In this document: in pieces, positions 1-9,259 of the stretch
How positions within the stretch are numbered: position 1 is the first letter of the stretch
How the letters are laid out: the number at the start of each line of letters is the position of its first letter
Virus record (IMG/VR): IMGVR_UViG_3300046387_001332
Source of the DNA: a virus
Direction: 5' to 3' (one strand)
DNA length: 64,000 nt
Notes under the pieces: model-generated
Databases searched by the model: none
Seen by the model: only the letters and a program-made list of their open reading frames with translations
What the model was told of the DNA's origin: nothing
Made by a program: the position numbers and the translations under genes

Positions 1-1
1 T

Positions 2-1354
2 GTACAATCCGGAGTAGGTCAAACTGAAGATGACTCTGATTTACTCGGATTAAATGCAGATGAACTGGCAACACAAAATTTTGTAAGTGATCCTGATTAC
101 TCTACATTTAATTCAAAGTTTTTAATACAGGGTTATTCACCAAGTGTTGATGTAACTAACAATTACCATGACTCACACTGGACAACGGTACAATTTGGTG
201 ATTATTATGCAAATGTATACAACGAAGAAACTCAAATTGGTGAACTAGAAAACGAAAATGCAGAGGTTCAATTTACTATAACATACGGAAACAAATTTGG
301 ATATGGAAGTCGTGTTGGAACAAAATCTGCATCGGTCACAAAAGCAATATATTCCCAATACAAAAATTTGTTATTGGGTCCTGGTGATGATAGTTTCACA
401 TTTACATCTGATAATGCTAGTTTATCCGGTAAAGACCGAGATTCTATATTTGTAATGAATATGTCCGCGACTGCATTAAAAGAAAAAATTGATGAAGGTA
501 ATCTAGAGTTTACTCTTAGTTTGACTGCAAGATTTACGTATAATGAAAATAATAATGAAGAATTTATAGAAAAAACATTTTCACAAACATTCAAAGATGA
601 TTCAAGATACGAGGGGAATATTTTATCGGCAACGGGTGAGAAGAAGGTAGAAAAGTCTTTTAATATAATAAAAGGAACTCTTGCTGATGGAAATCCAATA
701 GAAACTGATAAATATGCCGTGGGAACGGGTGAAGGGGCAGGAGAAGGTTTTGGTTTAGTTTATCCAGACTTGGGAATTATAATTTTAAATCCATATGCAC
801 TTGCGTGTGAGTTTGGTACTAAAATAGAAACTTGGTATGACGAATGGTACTCACCCACAAAAACTGATATATTTCCACCAAGAGATGAAAATTGCGGAAG
901 AGTTCTTGCTTGGTATGGTTCAATTGATCAAACCGCAACAACAGAACAAGCAGATGATGTAAAATACGGAATTGAAAGAAATCACCAAAACTTTTTAAAA
1001 CTATTTTATATGTTAAAACTTGGTGGTGACATTAAATGTCGTAGTAGTGAATTAATTCCATCTAAGCACTACTTTATCAGAGTTAGGAATTCTGATTTTA
1101 ATTATTCAAATAATCCTACTTTTATCTATCAAAATAAAGAAGCAAGGCAACTTTCTCAGTCAGAAGGTCTCCCACTTGAGTATTTTTCAGGACGATTGAG
1201 ATTTGATTCATTTTCCAATGACCCTAAAACTTACATTACAACAATTGGTTTGTATACAGAAAACAATGAACTTGTGGCAGTTGCGAAATTGAGTGTACCT
1301 GTTCTTAAAAGTTTTGATACAGAAACATTAATTAAAGTAAAATTAGATTTCTAA
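2..1354 (+). CDS. Tail/baseplate-associated structural protein, 5'-truncated
   Basis: The frame is open from position 2, so the track's start at 368 is internal. The C-terminus YITTIGLYTENNELVAVAKLSVPV..IKVKLDF is paralogous to the C-terminus of the next ORF. Confidence 0.6.
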   Translation, partial: VQSGVGQTEDDSDLLGLNADELATQNFVSDPDYSTFNSKFLIQGYSPSVDVTNNYHDSHWTTVQFGDYYANVYNEETQIGELENENAEVQFTITYGNKFGYGSRVGTKSASVTKAIYSQYKNLLLGPGDDSFTFTSDNASLSGKDRDSIFVMNMSATALKEKIDEGNLEFTLSLTARFTYNENNNEEFIEKTFSQTFKDDSRYEGNILSATGEKKVEKSFNIIKGTLADGNPIETDKYAVGTGEGAGEGFGLVYPDLGIIILNPYALACEFGTKIETWYDEWYSPTKTDIFPPRDENCGRVLAWYGSIDQTATTEQADDVKYGIERNHQNFLKLFYMLKLGGDIKCRSSELIPSKHYFIRVRNSDFNYSNNPTFIYQNKEARQLSQSEGLPLEYFSGRLRFDSFSNDPKTYITTIGLYTENNELVAVAKLSVPVLKSFDTETLIKVKLDF

Positions 1355-1386
1355 CCTAATATTTAATCAAAAATATATTTATATTT

Positions 1387-4300
1387 ATGATTAAGAGTTT
1401 AAAGGTTTCTGATAAAACTGTAAGAAAGTTTAAATCTAGCAAGAGTTGGAAACACTCTACCATCGACTCATTGACGAATTTAGTATTAGAACAAACACAG
1501 AATAACGGTCGTCAAGTGAAAATTCAGTTGGATGATAACCTTGGACTTGCAACGGAGCAAAACAATAATACAACTGATATAAAAATAAAGTATGGAAAAA
1601 ACACAACTGGCACGTTCTATCCAGTTACTCATAAAAACTATAATTCAGAATATGAAAAAGTAAACTACGATGGTTCTTATTATAGAAATGTGTATAATTC
1701 AGTTAAGCATTTATTTTATAATGATTACGGAATTTATACAAACGATGAAGATATAAAAAACCCACTGATGGTGTTTGGTTCGGAAACTGGTCAGTATAAG
1801 ATAGAAAGTAGTGACTCAAATTCATTTGGTGATGTTCAAAATAATTACGAAAGAAGAATTATTCGTGATGAAATGTTAGTCATTGAAATTGCTAAGAAAA
1901 ACTTTGGTGAAAAAATAAAACCAAACTCTTTTAAAATACGAGATTTTTCATCACCACATGGAGTAATTGAAATAATTGATGATGGTGCAACCAATTTAAT
2001 GATAAGTGAGAACTCTTTTAATGAGATTAAAGAAGTTAAAAGATCAAAATCAAAAAAATTAAATAAAGAGGATTACGATGAAAAACTAAATTCATCAGAT
2101 ATGCTAGTTGGAAAAAAACTTGCATCTGATGGGGATTATATACTTGCTGGTGTTCCCATGAATCAAGATTCACCAAGTGATCTATTAACAGGTAGTGCAT
2201 CGTTATTCAGATACGACACAGAAACAAAAGAATTTAGAAGTGTGCGAGAATTTATGTGTCCTTTCACTCAACAAGGGTTGATAAATGAATCAAAATTAAA
2301 TTCAAATAGTTTCTTAGTAACTGAATTGGGTGAAATTCTATCGGGTAAAAACTATTCAATAAATGATAAGTTTGGAGAATCGGTTGAATTGAAAAATGGA
2401 ACTTGTGCAATCGGTTCACCTGAGTCACATATACACGGTGTATGTAACGATGCCCGACAAGGTCATGTATTTTTGTATGATGTTGACAAAGGAGGTTCTG
2501 AAAATTGGGGTTTAACCGAAATATTAGAGGGTGATCCTGGTTCTGAATTTGGTTCTTCTATTTCAATACATGGAAAATACATGGCAGTGGGTTCACCTGG
2601 TGCTTACAAGGGTAAGGGTGCTATATACATTTTTGAAAAAACTATTAGAAACAAAACGTCTCCTTGGTGGAGAATATCAGATGCACACTCTGACTTTTGC
2701 TATAATGAGATGTCAAAAACTCACCGTGGCATTCCTGTGTGTGATAAATTAAAAGAGTTAAACGAATCTGCGTATCGTTGGAAAATAAAAACTGCGTCAC
2801 CTGAGAATTATGGTTTAACTTATTTTGGTACAACGGAAGATGATGTATGTGAGCTAAATCAAATTGGTACTTTTGAAGATGATGATGAAGTTTCATCTTT
2901 TGGGTTTGAAACATCATTTCCAGTTTCACATTATCATAAATTTGATAAGGAGCGACGTACACCTGAGTATGGAGAGGGTGATATTACGTGGAATTTGGTG
3001 GCAATAGTCAAAAGTGATAAAGTAAATCGCCTCGGTGAAAATATTAAATTGTATGACGATTTGTTAGTTTCAACATCACCAACATCTGATCATAAAAAGG
3101 CAGTTGTGTTTAAGAAATATAAATCAGATGATGGTTGTTTTTTATGGAAGCATACTCATTCTTTGCATAAAAACTTTATCTATAATTATGATTTTGAAAG
3201 TGTAAATATTTCTAAATATTTTAATGATATAAGATTCAATCTTGAAGATGACACTATCACAATAGAGGTTGATGTGAAGCAAGTGGCCGAATCTACTGAT
3301 GTAGGTTTTATATATAGATTTGACAAACTATTTGGGGAAGGAAAAGATGCATTTAACAGTAGACTTTTACATGGTGGTGAGGTAGTAAAATCAAATAAAT
3401 TTAAACTTACTGATGTTCCTCCTGGAGAACATAAAATTTATATAGGTAGATATATTGATAAATATTTAGTTGGCATTCCTTCGGTCATATCATTTTCAAT
3501 AAATCCTCATGTACAGGAAGTGGAGGAACGACCACCTCAAGTTAAATACCCATATCAATATTTTTCAAATAAATATACAAACTATGGAGTATCACTTGAA
3601 ACAAATGGCAAATATATTCTCATAGGTGATGACAATGACAGAGTATATGTTGATACAGATTTAGAATTGACAAAGGGAGTATCATATTCATCGGGATCGG
3701 TATGGGTTTATGAAATTGAAAAAAATAGTATTTCCTACTTACAAAAATTATATGAAATAGAAGATGAAGAACGAAGATTCAATAACAGATTTGGATGTTC
3801 TGTGTCAATGATTGGTAACGACTTTATTGTAGGATCGCCTTGTACAGATGAAAGTAAAATAATATTAGAAAATAAAGGGTTAGATGTTAAAATACCAGAT
3901 TATGAACTTGGGGTAGAAAACTATGAAGAAGATTTTTATAATGTTCATCAATCATTGTTTACTTCATTTACATATGAATTTATAGGAGACGGTGACATTG
4001 ATATGTTAATTTATATTGATGTAAAGGATTTAGTTGATATTAATTTGGAAAATATAACTGACTTTGAATTAAATGCTTCTTTCATATTTTCCGACAAAAA
4101 TTATATAGATACTAACAATGGTGAACTTACCCGTGGTATTTACAAAAATAAAAACTACTTAACTGATAACAAAGTTTGCTTTGCAGTAAAAACAATTTCA
4201 CACTTATTTGATCCAAATGAAAAAATTGAATTTTCATATTCAATAAAACGCAATAGTATACAAGGTACAACCACTTATTTTAGAATTGGTGAAAATAACA

Positions 4301-5499
4301 AAATAGAATCCCTTAAAAATATAAAAAGTGTAAAACAAAAGAATAAAGTAAAAACAAGTTATGGAATTGATGTATCATTAAGTTCTACAAGAATTTATGT
4401 AGGGAATTCAATAATAGGTGATTGGCCGGTGGATCAAATAACTGGATTTGATAACACAGAGATTGTATCATTTGATGATTGCTCTCACATTTATTCAAAC
4501 CGAGGAGACATAATTTGGGGTAACTTGGAAAAGAATGACTTGATTCTAGAAGGTTCAATACTTGCGTATGATGTCAAAACAATACGGGATGGTGGTAGGG
4601 TTTACGTGGGCAATGTGTTTTACAAAAACGGCATTGCTGTAATATCAGAATTATCTGAGTATTATGAAAATCTTCTAAAATTTGGTGGTCGCACAGGATA
4701 TGAAATTACATTTGATAGTATTAATAGCATTTATGAAAATGAAATTTTGTGTAAAGTAAATCCACACGAATTTAACGCAAGTACAAATCCAACTTCCATC
4801 ATTGAGTCAAATATTGCATTTGATGTAAATGGAGATGGAAAGTTTGACATAATTGATTTATCGTTTATTTATCGTTACATACTCGGTTCTTTCAGAAGAG
4901 CACAGGTTGATGATTCAGAAACAGGTGAATTATCAAATACTCTTGTACTAGAGCAAAACTCTAACTGGCCAAATGAAGATGTATTGATGAGTGAGTCGGA
5001 AGATGCATTATTTATAAATGTATTACAAAATCTTACAAGTGACATGAATTTAAGTAAGTCGGAGGAACTTAGAATTTTGGATAAACTAGATCAATTAAAC
5101 TCACTAAAAGAAAATGGATTGGATATAGATGGTGATGGTGTTGTATCGGCTAATGATGCAAAACTACTAGCAAGATACTTTGTAGGAAGGCAAGGCAAAG
5201 CACTTACAAGTGGCATAATAAATCCATTAAACTCTACCGCAATTCGTAAGAACGCATTTGAAATTGTACAATATCTAGACGAAAAAACTGGAAAATACAG
5301 TGGCAGGGAAATTATAAAAGACTTTTTAGATTATGAAAAAAATGATCTTAATGATAAAAAAGGTAGTTATCTCGCACCATACGCAACAACGATTGGTTTA
5401 TATGATGGAAACGATTTGGTAATGGTTGCTAAATTAGCAAAACCAGTAAAAATCATACCAAACTACCCAATAAATTTTTTGATAAAATACGATGTTTAA
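1387..5499 (+). CDS. Large virion structural protein with FG-GAP-like beta-propeller repeats and two dockerin/EF-hand-like Ca-binding loops
   Basis: Repeats FGESVEL..AIGSP, FGSSISI..AVGSPG, FGCSVSM..IVGSP; loops DVNGDGKFDIID and DIDGDGVVSANDA; C-terminal PYATTIGLYD..VAKLAKPVK; upstream TATTTAT. Confidence 0.65.
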   Translation: MIKSLKVSDKTVRKFKSSKSWKHSTIDSLTNLVLEQTQNNGRQVKIQLDDNLGLATEQNNNTTDIKIKYGKNTTGTFYPVTHKNYNSEYEKVNYDGSYYRNVYNSVKHLFYNDYGIYTNDEDIKNPLMVFGSETGQYKIESSDSNSFGDVQNNYERRIIRDEMLVIEIAKKNFGEKIKPNSFKIRDFSSPHGVIEIIDDGATNLMISENSFNEIKEVKRSKSKKLNKEDYDEKLNSSDMLVGKKLASDGDYILAGVPMNQDSPSDLLTGSASLFRYDTETKEFRSVREFMCPFTQQGLINESKLNSNSFLVTELGEILSGKNYSINDKFGESVELKNGTCAIGSPESHIHGVCNDARQGHVFLYDVDKGGSENWGLTEILEGDPGSEFGSSISIHGKYMAVGSPGAYKGKGAIYIFEKTIRNKTSPWWRISDAHSDFCYNEMSKTHRGIPVCDKLKELNESAYRWKIKTASPENYGLTYFGTTEDDVCELNQIGTFEDDDEVSSFGFETSFPVSHYHKFDKERRTPEYGEGDITWNLVAIVKSDKVNRLGENIKLYDDLLVSTSPTSDHKKAVVFKKYKSDDGCFLWKHTHSLHKNFIYNYDFESVNISKYFNDIRFNLEDDTITIEVDVKQVAESTDVGFIYRFDKLFGEGKDAFNSRLLHGGEVVKSNKFKLTDVPPGEHKIYIGRYIDKYLVGIPSVISFSINPHVQEVEERPPQVKYPYQYFSNKYTNYGVSLETNGKYILIGDDNDRVYVDTDLELTKGVSYSSGSVWVYEIEKNSISYLQKLYEIEDEERRFNNRFGCSVSMIGNDFIVGSPCTDESKIILENKGLDVKIPDYELGVENYEEDFYNVHQSLFTSFTYEFIGDGDIDMLIYIDVKDLVDINLENITDFELNASFIFSDKNYIDTNNGELTRGIYKNKNYLTDNKVCFAVKTISHLFDPNEKIEFSYSIKRNSIQGTTTYFRIGENNKIESLKNIKSVKQKNKVKTSYGIDVSLSSTRIYVGNSIIGDWPVDQITGFDNTEIVSFDDCSHIYSNRGDIIWGNLEKNDLILEGSILAYDVKTIRDGGRVYVGNVFYKNGIAVISELSEYYENLLKFGGRTGYEITFDSINSIYENEILCKVNPHEFNASTNPTSIIESNIAFDVNGDGKFDIIDLSFIYRYILGSFRRAQVDDSETGELSNTLVLEQNSNWPNEDVLMSESEDALFINVLQNLTSDMNLSKSEELRILDKLDQLNSLKENGLDIDGDGVVSANDAKLLARYFVGRQGKALTSGIINPLNSTAIRKNAFEIVQYLDEKTGKYSGREIIKDFLDYEKNDLNDKKGSYLAPYATTIGLYDGNDLVMVAKLAKPVKIIPNYPINFLIKYDV

Positions 5500-5547
5500 C
5501 ATTTCAATCTAATATTTATATTAAAACTTCAACAAGGAGACAAAAAA

Positions 5548-6141
5548 ATGGCAGGAGACGCAGACTTACATACAAGTAAAAATTCAAGTTTAAAAAACGG
5601 AGCAAGTTTTTCCGACTTTAGAACTGGGCAAGATAGAAGAAGAACCGGCATAATTGGTCGGTTTGAATCAGACGGAGCAGGAACATTTTACAGAAATTCG
5701 ATGCCCGCACCAATTGCAGGATCTGCTCCTGGTGTAAATACATTCGCAAGAACCGGTGGTCGTGGCCAAGGTGTTAATTTCTTTACATACGGTCAAAATG
5801 TAAAGAAAGGTGATCAATCTTTTTTAAGTGGGGTTTCCCGTGCCGATGTGGGTGGTGTAGAAGCAGGAGCACAAAACGACACATTTAGTGGTGGTTCTAC
5901 AATTGCAGGATTCACAACTCACATTGCAAAGGGTATGTCTCAGTATAGTGACTATGGTGCTGATACCGGAGCAGTAGGAGATACTGCCGATGCAAGTTAT
6001 TATCGTTCTGGTGGTGGAGCAAAGTTCGATACAGAACGATATGCTAACTATATGGCAAATATGGTTGGAACTCAAAGTGCAGAAGGTCTTGCATCTGCCG
6101 GAAAAGGAGTTCTTAGTAACTCACGTACCGGTGTTGAATAA
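5548..6141 (+). CDS. Gly-rich hypothetical protein, paralogous to the N-terminus of the 47168-49558 product
   Basis: AAGGAG SD and TATTTATA upstream; shares MPAPIAGSAPG and GQGVNFF.YG with ORF 47168. Confidence 0.7.
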   Translation: MAGDADLHTSKNSSLKNGASFSDFRTGQDRRRTGIIGRFESDGAGTFYRNSMPAPIAGSAPGVNTFARTGGRGQGVNFFTYGQNVKKGDQSFLSGVSRADVGGVEAGAQNDTFSGGSTIAGFTTHIAKGMSQYSDYGADTGAVGDTADASYYRSGGGAKFDTERYANYMANMVGTQSAEGLASAGKGVLSNSRTGVE

Positions 6142-6151
6142 ATTTAAATAA

Positions 6152-6180
6152 TTGACTTTTTAGTTAATTTGGCATATTTT
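6152..6180 (+). promoter_or_regulatory. Putative sigma70-type promoter for the RuvC-primase-nuclease cluster
   Basis: TTGACT-N17-TATTTT directly upstream of the ATG at 6186. Confidence 0.45.
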
Positions 6181-6185
6181 AATTT

Positions 6186-6713
6186 ATGCCAAAAAACAAA
6201 TTATGTCTCGGACTGGATTTAAGTTCTACTACGGTTGGTTATTGTTTTTCATCATCTTCAACTGATATTTTAAAAGCAGGATTCATTCCAGTTCATAAAG
6301 AAATCTCCATTAGAAGTAAAGCACATAAGGTTGCAGAGGAATTGAAAAATATTCAACTGCAACCTTTTGTTGTTATTGTAGAAGATTCGTTAAGTGGATT
6401 TGGTGGTGGGAGAACAAGTCAGCAGACTATTGTAAAATTAGCAAAGTGTAATGCCATAATAAGTTATGTTGTAGAAGAGTTGTATAATATAGAAGTACAA
6501 CATATAAATGTATCTACCATGCGTAAAGCAGTATTTGGAAAAAGCAGAGAAAAAGGATTAGATAGTAAAACATTTGTAAAGTGCAATCTTGAAAATATGC
6601 TTGATTTATCCGACTTTATTCACTATAATTCTAAGAATAATTATGATAAAAAAAACTATGATATGCTTGATGCCGTAGTCGCATCTTTGTATTATTGGTA
6701 TTCTTTAAAATAG
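6186..6713 (+). CDS. RuvC-like Holliday junction resolvase
   Basis: LGLDLSSTTVG (catalytic D), VIVED (E) and DMLDA (DxxD) in RNase H-fold order. Confidence 0.8.
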   Translation: MPKNKLCLGLDLSSTTVGYCFSSSSTDILKAGFIPVHKEISIRSKAHKVAEELKNIQLQPFVVIVEDSLSGFGGGRTSQQTIVKLAKCNAIISYVVEELYNIEVQHINVSTMRKAVFGKSREKGLDSKTFVKCNLENMLDLSDFIHYNSKNNYDKKNYDMLDAVVASLYYWYSLK

Positions 6714-7642
6714 TGGGCATCTCTGAACAAAAACTTCTCAATCTTCTGCAAAAAGTATTAGGAGCTGGAAAAATCGTCTCTAAAGACGAGGCTATGTTTT
6801 TGTGTCCATTTTCCCATCATAGAAAACCCAAACTTGCGATTAATTTATCCACACAAAGATGGCAAAGTTGGATTGATACAAATGCAAAGGGAAGATCAAT
6901 CTATGGTTTATTCAAAAAGATGAATGTTGCTCCGCAATATCTTACAGAACTTTCAAGAATTGTAAAGATACCCAAAAGTACGCAACAAAGTGAAGAAGAA
7001 CAAATTAAAATTCATCTTCCATACGAATTTACCTCATTGCGGTATGATACTGAAAAAACGAGATCATCAAAGGCTGCGTTTAATTATCTAAGACAAAGAA
7101 ACATATTTTCTTATGATATAGAAAGATATAATATTGGATATTGCGAAAGTGGTGATTATGCGAATAGAATCATAGTACCATCATATGATTGCGACAATAA
7201 TTTAAATTATTTTATAGCAAGAGATTTTACCGGAACTGCGTATTTACGATACAAAAATCCACCAGTCAGTAAAGATGTTGTGGTGTTTGAGAATCAAATT
7301 GATTTCTCCGAACCACTTATTTTTTGTGAAGGTGTATTTGATGCTATGGCAATTCGTCGAAATGCAATTCCACTATTGGGGAAGAATATTCCAAGTAAAC
7401 TAAAAACAAAATTAGTTGAACATGGAGTTTCTGAAATATGCATTGTTCTTGATAACGATGCATTTAAAAACGCATTACAAATTTCCGAAACATTGATGAA
7501 CGAGAATGTTCGTGTCAAATTAGTAAAAATGGGAAATGACGATGCGGCGGACATTGGGTTTAATAAAATAATTCATAAAATTAGAAATGCAGAACTTCTT
7601 GATTTTAGTGAATTGATGAAGCAAAAGTTATGCATGAACTAA
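6713..7642 (+). CDS. DNA primase (T4 gp61/DnaG-like, TOPRIM)
   Basis: N-terminal CPFSHH zinc-ribbon remnant, YLRQR, RIIVP, YFIAR, CEGVFDA, VLDND, DAAD. Likely GTG start at 6713 overlapping the upstream stop. Confidence 0.85.
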   Translation: MGISEQKLLNLLQKVLGAGKIVSKDEAMFLCPFSHHRKPKLAINLSTQRWQSWIDTNAKGRSIYGLFKKMNVAPQYLTELSRIVKIPKSTQQSEEEQIKIHLPYEFTSLRYDTEKTRSSKAAFNYLRQRNIFSYDIERYNIGYCESGDYANRIIVPSYDCDNNLNYFIARDFTGTAYLRYKNPPVSKDVVVFENQIDFSEPLIFCEGVFDAMAIRRNAIPLLGKNIPSKLKTKLVEHGVSEICIVLDNDAFKNALQISETLMNENVRVKLVKMGNDDAADIGFNKIIHKIRNAELLDFSELMKQKLCMN

Positions 7643-8334
7643 AAACAAATTTAAAGAACGTTGAAAAAGTATATCATCTCGCAGACATTCATATAAGAAA
7701 CGTAAAAAGACACAACGAATATTCATTGGTATTTGAAAACTTTTACAAACAAGTAAAAGAAGATAATCTTGATAACGCAATTATTTTTATTGGTGGAGAC
7801 ATTGCTCATGCCAAAACAGAAATGAGTCCAGAGTTGATTCATCAAATATCTTCATTTTTAAGAGAGTGTTCTAAACTTCATCCAACGATTGTTATTGCTG
7901 GTAACCACGATTGTAATTTAAACAATCCTGATCGTCTTGATGTATTGTCTCCTATTATGGACATGATGGATGATGACAATTTATTTTATTTAAAAGATAG
8001 TGGTGCATATAAAATAGGTGATGTCGCAATTGGTGTATTTGGTATTTTTGATGATCCCAACGAATATGTACGTGGAACTGATATAACAGATAAATCTATT
8101 AATACAAAGATTGCAGTTTATCATGGTGCAGTAAAAAGAAGCAGAACTGATGTTGGTTATGTTGTTATGGGAGGTGACATTGAGTTGCCTATGTTCAATG
8201 GATATGATATAGTCATGTTGGGTGATATCCACAAATATCAAACACTACAAGAATACCAAACAGAGCATAGATTTATACCCGAATCTAAAGTTGATGAATA
8301 TAAACTAGAAGGATGGGAACTTGCAGATGTCTAA
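7630..8334 (+). CDS. Mre11/SbcD/gp47-like metallophosphoesterase, N-terminal portion only
   Basis: Motifs ADIH, GGDIAH, AGNHD, YHG and LGDIHK are present; the downstream YxGS motif is missing and appears in ORF 9249. Confidence 0.85.
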   Translation: MHELKTNLKNVEKVYHLADIHIRNVKRHNEYSLVFENFYKQVKEDNLDNAIIFIGGDIAHAKTEMSPELIHQISSFLRECSKLHPTIVIAGNHDCNLNNPDRLDVLSPIMDMMDDDNLFYLKDSGAYKIGDVAIGVFGIFDDPNEYVRGTDITDKSINTKIAVYHGAVKRSRTDVGYVVMGGDIELPMFNGYDIVMLGDIHKYQTLQEYQTEHRFIPESKVDEYKLEGWELADV

Positions 8335-9259
8335 ACGATTTTTAATAAAGTGCAACCACATTCACATTGGTGATATTTTATTTGCAAGCAGTGTTGCAAA
8401 AAAATTAAATGAAGAACAAGGACCGTGTTCTGTCCATTTCTCAGTAAATTACTTGCAACCGATTGAGTTGCTCAATAATAATCCTTACATTGATAAAGTC
8501 TTTTTTAATGAAAGTTTCGGAACATACGATGAAGTTTTCAATTTAATCGGAGACACAGACACACTAAATCCATATGAATCTGCGGTATCTCAATTTCAAA
8601 GAATGTGTAATATAAAAAACTTCGATGATACCTTTGAAATTTATACAAACCCTTCTTTAGATTATTCAATTAGTGAAAGTTTTCGTGAACTTGTTAAAAT
8701 AGGAGATTGGCCAAACTCATTAATTAAAGTAGGTTATCAGTGTGACTGGGATAAAAAAAGTTTTTTATTTACCGAAGAACAATACGAACGTGCTGAACAC
8801 GGAGAAGACGGAACAGGATATGGTGATGGTTCTCGTAATGTATACGATATTATCAATTGTCTAGAAATTAATTCTAATATTATGTTATTTGCGTTGGGTC
8901 TTGATGATAAAATTTCAAAAAGATATCCTGCTATCAATTCAACTAGCAAATTTACTTTTACTGCAAGTTTAATTAAGAATTGTGATTTTGTTATAGGAGC
9001 AGAGGGGTGTCTAACAAACATATCATCTGCGTTGGGTGTGAAAACAATAATTACCACAGATTACATACACCAAATGTTTGGACCCAAAGGAATTAAATGG
9101 CAACAAGAAGGTGGTGATTTAAATAACCTAGAATGTCGTAAACCTTTTTTAGGACCTTGTAATTATTTTCCGAAAGCAGATCACATCCACCTCAATCCAT
9201 ATCTCACCGATCAACAAGTTGGAGAAGAAATTTTAAAAGTAGTTACACATGGAAGATAA
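8327..9259 (+). CDS. GT9-like (heptosyltransferase-type) glycosyltransferase
   Basis: HIGDILF, LLNNNPYIDKV and LIKNCDFVIGAEG..ISSALGVKT match the GT9 pattern. ATG at 8327 overlaps the upstream stop. Confidence 0.65.
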   Translation: MSKRFLIKCNHIHIGDILFASSVAKKLNEEQGPCSVHFSVNYLQPIELLNNNPYIDKVFFNESFGTYDEVFNLIGDTDTLNPYESAVSQFQRMCNIKNFDDTFEIYTNPSLDYSISESFRELVKIGDWPNSLIKVGYQCDWDKKSFLFTEEQYERAEHGEDGTGYGDGSRNVYDIINCLEINSNIMLFALGLDDKISKRYPAINSTSKFTFTASLIKNCDFVIGAEGCLTNISSALGVKTIITTDYIHQMFGPKGIKWQQEGGDLNNLECRKPFLGPCNYFPKADHIHLNPYLTDQQVGEEILKVVTHGR

